Positions 16,231 to 21,579 of a stretch of 21,579 nt of DNA are shown piece after piece. Origin of the DNA: Candidatus Hydrothermarchaeales archaeon (GTDB taxonomy: Archaea > Hydrothermarchaeota > Hydrothermarchaeia > Hydrothermarchaeales > JAZGAD01); assembly GCA_036444275.1 (NCBI GenBank), contig JAZGAD010000037.1:1-21579 (forward strand). Direction: 5' to 3'. A model generated the notes under the pieces. That model ran no database searches, had not been told where the DNA came from, and saw only the letters and a program-made list of their open reading frames with translations. Position numbers and translations under genes: made by a program. The number at the start of each line of letters is the position of its first letter. The stretch's first letter is position 1.

Positions 16231-17298
16231 TCAGTAGGTCCTCCTCACCAGGAATAGTGATAGATTTTTAAGCTTAGTCATAGCCTCGTTTTCTATCCCG
16301 GTGTCATCCAGCTCTTTCATAGCTTCCCCCTCCAGCTCTTCTGCCATACACTTGGAATACTCATAAGCCTTTACCCCCTCCAGTATATCAAGCACTTCCG
16401 TTACATCATTCTCGCTCATCTCCTCCTTGTATATCTCTTTCAACCTTCTCTTCTCATCGCCGGAGGCATTCTGGAAGGCATATATAACGGGTAGTGTCTT
16501 CTTCCTGTTCCTTATATCGCTTGCCTTGGGCTTCCCAGTGTGTTCAGCTTTTTCCCAAATCCCTATAATATCGTCCACGATTTGGAAGGCTAGGCCTATC
16601 TTTCTCCCGAATCTCTTGAAGTGCCCAATCGTTTCTTGATTGTTTGTTGCCAGCAAGGCTCCTATATATGTGGATGCCTCTATCAGTGCTGCAGTCTTCT
16701 TGGAAATCATCTCAAGGTACATGTCGGTGGTAATGTCCAGTTCCTGCTCATAGCTCATGTCCATGTACTGCCCCTCGCATAGCTCTATTATAGTCTTATT
16801 CAGGACCTCTAGGGTATCCACGATCTTGGAGCTGGTTATATTCAGTTCCTTCAGCCCTAATGCAGCGTGATTGGCTAGTACATGCATGCCGTCCCCGACA
16901 TTTATAGCCTGTGGCACTCCCCAGAGCCTCCAGACAGTGGGCTTATGCCGCCGCTCTTCGTCCATGTCTTCAATGTCGTCGTGGATAAGGGAGAAATTAT
17001 GGATTAGCTCTACAGCTGCAGCAGCTGGAAGGGCCTTATCGTAGACACCGCTCAAAGCATTGTAGGTAAGGAGACAGATGGCAGGCCGGAACTTCTTGCC
17101 CCTATATTGCTCTACCGGCGTGAGTTCCTCATCCAGCCAGCCCAAGTGGTATTTCATCATATCATACAGTTGCTTTGGAGCGTCATGGCTCTTAAAAACC
17201 CTTTTTATTTCCTCTTCCACCATAGCTAGGTGCTCTCTCAGTATCTCCTCACCCTCCTCCTTGGCCTGTTCCTCTATCAATGTATGTCTACCTTCCAT
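16231..17298 (-). CDS. idsA: Short-chain polyprenyl (geranylgeranyl) diphosphate synthase
   Basis: GKKFRP, first Asp-rich motif HNFSLIHDDIED..EERR with an aromatic residue at -5, GQYMD, KTAAL, FQIVDD and KKTLP. Confidence 0.92.
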   Translation of the reverse strand: MEGRHTLIEEQAKEEGEEILREHLAMVEEEIKRVFKSHDAPKQLYDMMKYHLGWLDEELTPVEQYRGKKFRPAICLLTYNALSGVYDKALPAAAAVELIHNFSLIHDDIEDMDEERRHKPTVWRLWGVPQAINVGDGMHVLANHAALGLKELNITSSKIVDTLEVLNKTIIELCEGQYMDMSYEQELDITTDMYLEMISKKTAALIEASTYIGALLATNNQETIGHFKRFGRKIGLAFQIVDDIIGIWEKAEHTGKPKASDIRNRKKTLPVIYAFQNASGDEKRRLKEIYKEEMSENDVTEVLDILEGVKAYEYSKCMAEELEGEAMKELDDTGIENEAMTKLKNLSLFLVRRTY

Positions 17299-17336
17299 GC
17301 TATAACCCCTAGCTAGAGCTTGGAGACAAAAAGGAG

Positions 17337-17975
17337 CTACTTAAGTTCCCCGACTATGCTGACGCTCACGAGTGCCTTCACAGGTGTGCTCCCTATACTC
17401 TTGATGCCCTTCTTGTCTATCATTACTGCAGCGGCCACTGGATTTGCGCCCAGATCGCTAAGCAGCTTAACGGTTTCCTTCAGGGTAGTCCCACTCGTTG
17501 CGATATCGTCGACAATAACTATGTTCTTGCCCTTGACATCTGCGAAATTAGATAGAATAAACCCTGTCTGCTCGGTCTCCTTTCCCTCACCAGGCTCCCA
17601 TAGATGCTTGTTAGGCCGGATAACCGTTAGGGAAGCATTCATCTTCTCAGCGATCAGCGCAGCTAGGGGTATGCCACTGGTAGCTATACCGGCTATTACA
17701 TCTGGCTGTGGGAGATCGTTTTCCTTCAGCGTCTCCTCTATAAGCTCTCCAAGAGCAAGGGAGAGGTGCTTCAAAACTGCTGGATTAGAGCCGATGTTAC
17801 TCCAGTCGATATGTATGTCCTTGGGAGGGGCCTCCTCTCTCTTCTCAGCCTCCCGGGTAATAAGCCATAAAGCGGTTTCCCTAGAGACATTGAACTCATC
17901 AGCGATCTCGCCAGTAGTGAGTCCTTTTCCTTTCAGCTCCAGTGCCTTTTGCATCAACTCAGTAATATCCCTCAT
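17337..17975 (-). CDS. gfcR: Orotate phosphoribosyltransferase-like protein with N-terminal HTH (GfcR-type regulator)
   Basis: GLTTGEIADEFNVSRETALWL (HTH), PKDIHIDWS, SNFADVKGK, and PRT loop VIVDDIATSG. Confidence 0.85.
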   Translation of the reverse strand: MRDITELMQKALELKGKGLTTGEIADEFNVSRETALWLITREAEKREEAPPKDIHIDWSNIGSNPAVLKHLSLALGELIEETLKENDLPQPDVIAGIATSGIPLAALIAEKMNASLTVIRPNKHLWEPGEGKETEQTGFILSNFADVKGKNIVIVDDIATSGTTLKETVKLLSDLGANPVAAAVMIDKKGIKSIGSTPVKALVSVSIVGELK

Positions 17976-18472
17976 CTTTTCCGCCTCTTTGCTTTCCTTA
18001 TCACCTCAGATCCGCAGTGGTCACACTTCCCTTTATACTCTATTGGGAACTTCTTCCCGCAACCCTTACATATATTTTTCCATGACAAGTATTTCTTGAT
18101 GCCCATCTCTGCTATGGGCACGAAGGAGACACCCAGCTTTTTAGATAAGTTCTGGATGCTATAGTCGTCTGTTAGAATAACGCTCTCCTTGCCAGTTTCC
18201 TTAAAGTCTATAGCTAGAGCTATGAGTTGGATATCGCACTGGGACAGTTGCGCTATATCACCTGATTCCCTTGCAGCCTCGCCCGCCTTGGTCAAGGCGC
18301 GTTCGCTAGGTTCTAGGAGCTTTATGTCTCGTGCCTGCAGGCTCAGTTCCAACGCAAGCTTCGCCTTCCTCTCTCTAACTTCCTCCATTACCTTAGGCAC
18401 CGTATAGCATTTCTCTTCTTTCGAAGGCCTGGCACCTGCCAGGAGGGCCGAAGTATCCAGAATGAGCCTCAC
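17972..18472 (-). CDS. nob1: NOB1-family PIN-domain rRNA maturation endonuclease with zinc ribbon
   Basis: ILDTSA, LS..D..L.ALA, TDDYSIQN and CKGC...CDHCGS motifs. ATGA overlap with gfcR. Confidence 0.92.
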   Translation of the reverse strand: MRLILDTSALLAGARPSKEEKCYTVPKVMEEVRERKAKLALELSLQARDIKLLEPSERALTKAGEAARESGDIAQLSQCDIQLIALAIDFKETGKESVILTDDYSIQNLSKKLGVSFVPIAEMGIKKYLSWKNICKGCGKKFPIEYKGKCDHCGSEVIRKAKRRKR

Positions 18473-18490
18473 TTCATCACCTAAGAATAT

Positions 18491-18982
18491 CTATAGGAAT
18501 TCAATGGCTTTAAAGGGACAGACGTCTATACATAGCCTACAGGGCTCTGACTCCACATCCTCACCAGCTCTGCGGCAGGCATCTATGTTCACCTCTACTA
18601 CTACGCCGTCTCCGATATCCATGACGACTTCCTCGCTCAACGGTCCCTTGCCGCCACTCGCTTCTAAGCTGCAAGATGCATTTGGGGGGCACACTATCAC
18701 GCAGTTTCCACAGCCATTGCAGAGATCACCGTAGATCACGAGCCTGGTTTCTTTGGCCTCTAAGACCTGGGCCAAGAGTTCCTTCAGTGCCAGCTTTGCA
18801 CTTATGTATTTGGCGTCCTTTAGTCTCGGGCAGTTCTCCAGGTATGCCTCTCGACGCAGCAGCCTAACCGCGAAACCCATGCAAGTCTGAATCCCACATT
18901 CGCCGCAGTTATCCTTCGGCAGATGCTTGTATACATCCAAGGGGGATATGCTTTTGAATTCAATCTTTGCATTTGAGCCCAT
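18491..18982 (-). CDS. Fe-S protein: AcsC/CdhE/RnfB-type N-terminal Fe-S domain fused to an FwdG-like ferredoxin domain
   Basis: LPKDNCGECGIQTCMGFA...CP, then CNGCGNCVIVCP...GGKG and C...CRLCIDVCP. Confidence 0.82.
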   Translation of the reverse strand: MGSNAKIEFKSISPLDVYKHLPKDNCGECGIQTCMGFAVRLLRREAYLENCPRLKDAKYISAKLALKELLAQVLEAKETRLVIYGDLCNGCGNCVIVCPPNASCSLEASGGKGPLSEEVVMDIGDGVVVEVNIDACRRAGEDVESEPCRLCIDVCPFKAIEFL

Positions 18983-19082
18983 TTCTTCGCCTCAGACAAA
19001 TTGAGAAAGGAAGGTATTCGTTCATTTCATTCAAATACGAATTATATTAAGTCAGCTATGCTTTGTGCGGATGCATCCCCCT

Positions 19083-19538
19083 TTACTTTGACTTGAATAG
19101 GTTTTCCTTGGCATCTTCTGATTTCCCTGTTTCGATCAGGCGCCTTGATTTCGCCTTCTTCATAGATGCAACGATATCCTCAAGGAACTCCCTCTTCTTT
19201 GGATCCACTCTGAAAGCTGGCGCAGCAGCCTCCTCTACCAATGTTTCTACTTCTTCGTCAGGGCCATCTAGACCGCCTAGGCGGATTTGCCTATCGCTGG
19301 TCTCCTGCGCCACTGCCTCCAGTGTAAGAGCGTCCTGGGCGCAAGCTCTGACGCATAGGCCACAACCGTTGCAGGCATTGCTCAGCCAGAGGGCTATACC
19401 TCCATCTATAATGAGCTCTACTCCCCCGCCCTTGCCGCCACTCGCTTCCAGAACATTAAGGGTGTTGATGGGGCAGACTATAGAGCAGTTTCCACAGCCC
19501 GAGCAGAGCTCGTCTTCCACCTTCAGTTCGAAGGTTAT
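19083..19538 (-). CDS. FwdG-like 2[4Fe-4S] protein with a C-terminal extension
   Basis: (I)TFELKVEDELCSGCGNCSIVCP...GGKG...CNGCGLCVRAC, immediately after fwdF. The start is either ATA at 19538 (overlapping the fwdF stop) or GTG at 19520. Confidence 0.8.
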   Translation of the reverse strand: MTFELKVEDELCSGCGNCSIVCPINTLNVLEASGGKGGGVELIIDGGIALWLSNACNGCGLCVRACAQDALTLEAVAQETSDRQIRLGGLDGPDEEVETLVEEAAAPAFRVDPKKREFLEDIVASMKKAKSRRLIETGKSEDAKENLFKSK

Positions 19539-20380
19539 TCCTCCGTTATCAGCTCTTGGAATATCCTTTCCCTCCTCTTAGTAGCGGATCTTTCTTTCTC
19601 CTTGCTGTACTTCAATCCCTTTTTCTTCACAGTCAAAGCCTCTACTGGACAGGAGTTAGCGCAGGCGCCACAGTAGATGCAGACATCCTGATTTATGACG
19701 AGCCTATCTGTACGTTCGCCTATATCACCTTGGGGCATCTCTAGCGCTTGAGAGGGGCATATATCTACGCAGACACCGCAGCCTTGGCATTTCTCTAGAT
19801 CAACGCTTATCTCGCCCTCAAGGACCTTTTCAACGCTTATAGCATCCTCTGGGCACGCAATATTGCATGAGGTACAGTAGATACAGAGCTTCTCATCGCG
19901 AGCAACAACGTTCTTAATTTTCTTACCATTCTTAACATCCAGACTGCACTTTATAGCCTCTCTAGGGCAGGCTTTCTCGCAGTCATCGCACAGCAGTAAA
20001 TTCTCAGCGTCCTTTGGTTTGCACTTTTCCTGGTCCAGCTCCCAACGCCCCCGAAATTTCGGGTAATTCAACTCCACAATGGAGGTACCGTCTATGCGTA
20101 GATCAATGGAGCCGAACAAGCAGACCTCGGTGCATACACCGCATAGGATGCATTTTTCTGGGTCTATGACTATGTTGGCGTGTCCCTCTCTTCTGTCCTC
20201 TACCATTCCGATGGGGTTTCTGGTAATTGCTTCGGTGGGACAGGACTCGTAGCAGAGCCAACAGCCGATGCACTTATCCTTGCGGTATACCAACTCCCGC
20301 TTTTCCCTTACAGATTCCCGGATATATATGCTGGCGTCATCCTCCACCCTCATGGAATACTGTACAGTTCCCTCGTCCAT
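19535..20380 (-). CDS. fwdF: FwdF-like polyferredoxin (six [4Fe-4S] motifs)
   Basis: N-terminal EKRELVY..DKCIGC..C...CP..AI and KCILCGVC..VC.F.SI.L.IDG pattern typical of FwdF. Six ferredoxin motifs counted. Confidence 0.8.
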   Translation of the reverse strand: MDEGTVQYSMRVEDDASIYIRESVREKRELVYRKDKCIGCWLCYESCPTEAITRNPIGMVEDRREGHANIVIDPEKCILCGVCTEVCLFGSIDLRIDGTSIVELNYPKFRGRWELDQEKCKPKDAENLLLCDDCEKACPREAIKCSLDVKNGKKIKNVVARDEKLCIYCTSCNIACPEDAISVEKVLEGEISVDLEKCQGCGVCVDICPSQALEMPQGDIGERTDRLVINQDVCIYCGACANSCPVEALTVKKKGLKYSKEKERSATKRRERIFQELITEE

Positions 20381-20511
20381 TTTCTCGTCTTCGCCAAGAT
20401 AGTTAACATGGTAAAAGTAGGGTGACCCTCTCTTCTCAGTGAACAGGGAGCTTCCTAAGGTTGGGTGTTACACGCCCTTACGATCTTCGAACACGATACG
20501 GTACAATTAAC

Positions 20512-20637
20512 TTAACCATGAATGAACATAGGCAAGCAGTGTACGCATACGAAGTCCTCTTTTCCCTTGGAGTAATACGGGATCAACTTCACCTCATCAT
20601 CCGTCCTACTACAATTACTGCATTTCTTCTGCTCCAT
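20512..20637 (-). CDS. Small C4 zinc-finger-type protein (41 aa)
   Basis: Below the ORF-track cutoff. MEQKKCSNCSRTDDEVKLIPYYSKGKEDFVCVHCLPMFIHG with two CxxC motifs; GGTGGTGA SD upstream. Confidence 0.8.
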   Translation of the reverse strand: MEQKKCSNCSRTDDEVKLIPYYSKGKEDFVCVHCLPMFIHG

Positions 20638-20723
20638 CTTTCGTCACCACCTTTTTGCATAGAGTACAGAACATCTATTTTCTGTCTTCTGCTTGTTTGG
20701 AAGTAGACTTTACTAGGCCCAGT

Positions 20724-20743
20724 TCTTATTAAACTTATTGCCT
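20724..20743 (-). promoter_or_regulatory. Candidate BRE/TATA promoter for the Zn-finger/fwdF/fwdG unit
   Basis: Minus strand reads AGGCAATAAGTTTAATAAGA. Confidence 0.4.
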
Positions 20744-20810
20744 TTGTCTTTATGTAGCTGGATTTGCCTTTAATTGGAGAAAGAGTTAAACTAACAGTAG
20801 GTAATCATGA

Positions 20811-21578
20811 TTAGAGGCTCACGAAAGATGCCTTTTTATCTGATAGCTCGAAGGTGACTTCTCTCTCAGGGTCGATTTCCATCGTATATTCTCCATCGAC
20901 CACTACTACGGCCTTCCTCCGGGTCTTAATAATACGCACCGTTATCTTGGAATTCTGAGGGACAACGACTGGGTGGACGCCGTGGTTAAAGGGACAGATA
21001 GGCGTAATTACGAATGCAGGAACCCTAACATCCAGGATCGAACCGCCGGCTGAGAGGGAATAAGCAGTGGAGCCGAGAGGGGTGGCTATGATTATGCCGT
21101 CAGCACGGGCTGAGAAGTAGGTGCAGTCGTCTACTAGGACTTCAAAATTCAGCATCTTCACCGGTTCTGAAGGACTCACTACTGCTTCATTTAATGCTTG
21201 GCTTACTGCATTTCCGCTTACCTTCACATCTATCATTGCTTTTTCGTCGAGGGTATATTCGCCCTTCAACAGCTTCTCCATAGCAGGCTTCCAATCCACA
21301 GGCTCTATTTTGGTCAAGTATCCGGCTGTGCCAAGGTTGATCCCTAGTATTGGAGTATCTTTGATGGCAGAGAGAACCCTCAAGATAGTGCCGTCCCCAC
21401 CTAGAGCTACTATCACGTCTACATCTAGGTCCTGTAACCGATGGCCCTTTACACCAAGCCTACTGGCGCAAGATTCCTCGAAGAGTAGCTCTACTCCCTG
21501 CTTCTGCGTGTAGTGGCGTATATCCTGCGCCAGCTTTAATGCATTCTCTGAATCCTTAACTGCAAAGCCTATTCTCTT
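20811..21578 (-). CDS. ppnK: NAD(+) kinase (5' end beyond the window)
   Basis: GGDGT, GINLG..GYL, ALNE, DGIIIATPLGSTAYSLSAGG and TPICP motifs. The frame stays open to the window edge (KRIGFAVKDSENALKLA...). Confidence 0.95.
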   Translation of the reverse strand, partial: KRIGFAVKDSENALKLAQDIRHYTQKQGVELLFEESCASRLGVKGHRLQDLDVDVIVALGGDGTILRVLSAIKDTPILGINLGTAGYLTKIEPVDWKPAMEKLLKGEYTLDEKAMIDVKVSGNAVSQALNEAVVSPSEPVKMLNFEVLVDDCTYFSARADGIIIATPLGSTAYSLSAGGSILDVRVPAFVITPICPFNHGVHPVVVPQNSKITVRIIKTRRKAVVVVDGEYTMEIDPEREVTFELSDKKASFVSL

Positions 21579-21579
21579 T

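Noticed and set aside
17320-18099. 259-aa plus-strand ORF
   Set aside because: Antisense shadow of gfcR/nob1, Ser-rich with no motifs. The same applies to the other antisense ORFs (e.g. 9552-10013, 14653-15204, 15479-15937, 19063-19581).
17972-18472. PIN-domain gene as a VapC toxin
   Set aside because: The C-terminal zinc ribbon, TDDYSIQN motif and linkage to the PyrE-like gene indicate NOB1, and there is no antitoxin gene.
20381-20511. Possible Moco/tungsten riboswitch in the fwdF leader (short hairpins AGGG-TGA-CCCT and GGGTGT-TAC-ACGCCC)
   Set aside because: The stems are short and I see no match to the Moco RNA consensus. An Rfam covariance search would be needed.
20461-20706. 81-aa plus-strand ORF
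   Set aside because: It overlaps the better-supported minus-strand C4 zinc-finger gene, which has an SD and two CxxC motifs.
1-21579. CRISPR arrays, tRNA/rRNA genes, IS elements or integrases
   Set aside because: No periodic repeats, cloverleaf-like segments or transposase/integrase motifs were seen by eye, and the intergenic spaces are short.

Overview
Gene-dense archaeal (euryarchaeal-type) chromosomal segment from an anaerobe, mostly on the minus strand, with BRE/TATA promoters, RpoF, eL21, SRP54 and NOB1. A Hydrothermarchaeota-like lineage is plausible but cannot be established from this window. Left to right: partial NifU/NfuA-type Fe-S carrier; CBS protein; cation:proton antiporter; a ferredoxin with a CxxHxxC motif; a DUF362/COG2768 Fe-S protein; a ccmABCDE cytochrome c maturation operon (CxxxY-type CcmE, an unannotated 37-aa CcmD-like gene, a CcmC lacking its first canonical heme-ligand His, no ccmF); two tandem paralogous small membrane proteins; the srp54-rpl21e-rpoF-DUF655-rsmA cluster without pus10; an atypical secreted M1 peptidase; pyrK; an orphan membrane-anchored protein; a corrinoid protein plus MtaA/CmuA-family methyltransferase directly downstream of idsA, gfcR and nob1; an fwdF/fwdG-like Fe-S module without catalytic Fwd subunits; an unannotated 41-aa C4 zinc-finger gene; and a partial NAD kinase. 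No rRNA, tRNA, CRISPR array or mobile element was recognised. All family calls are by motif recognition, not database search.
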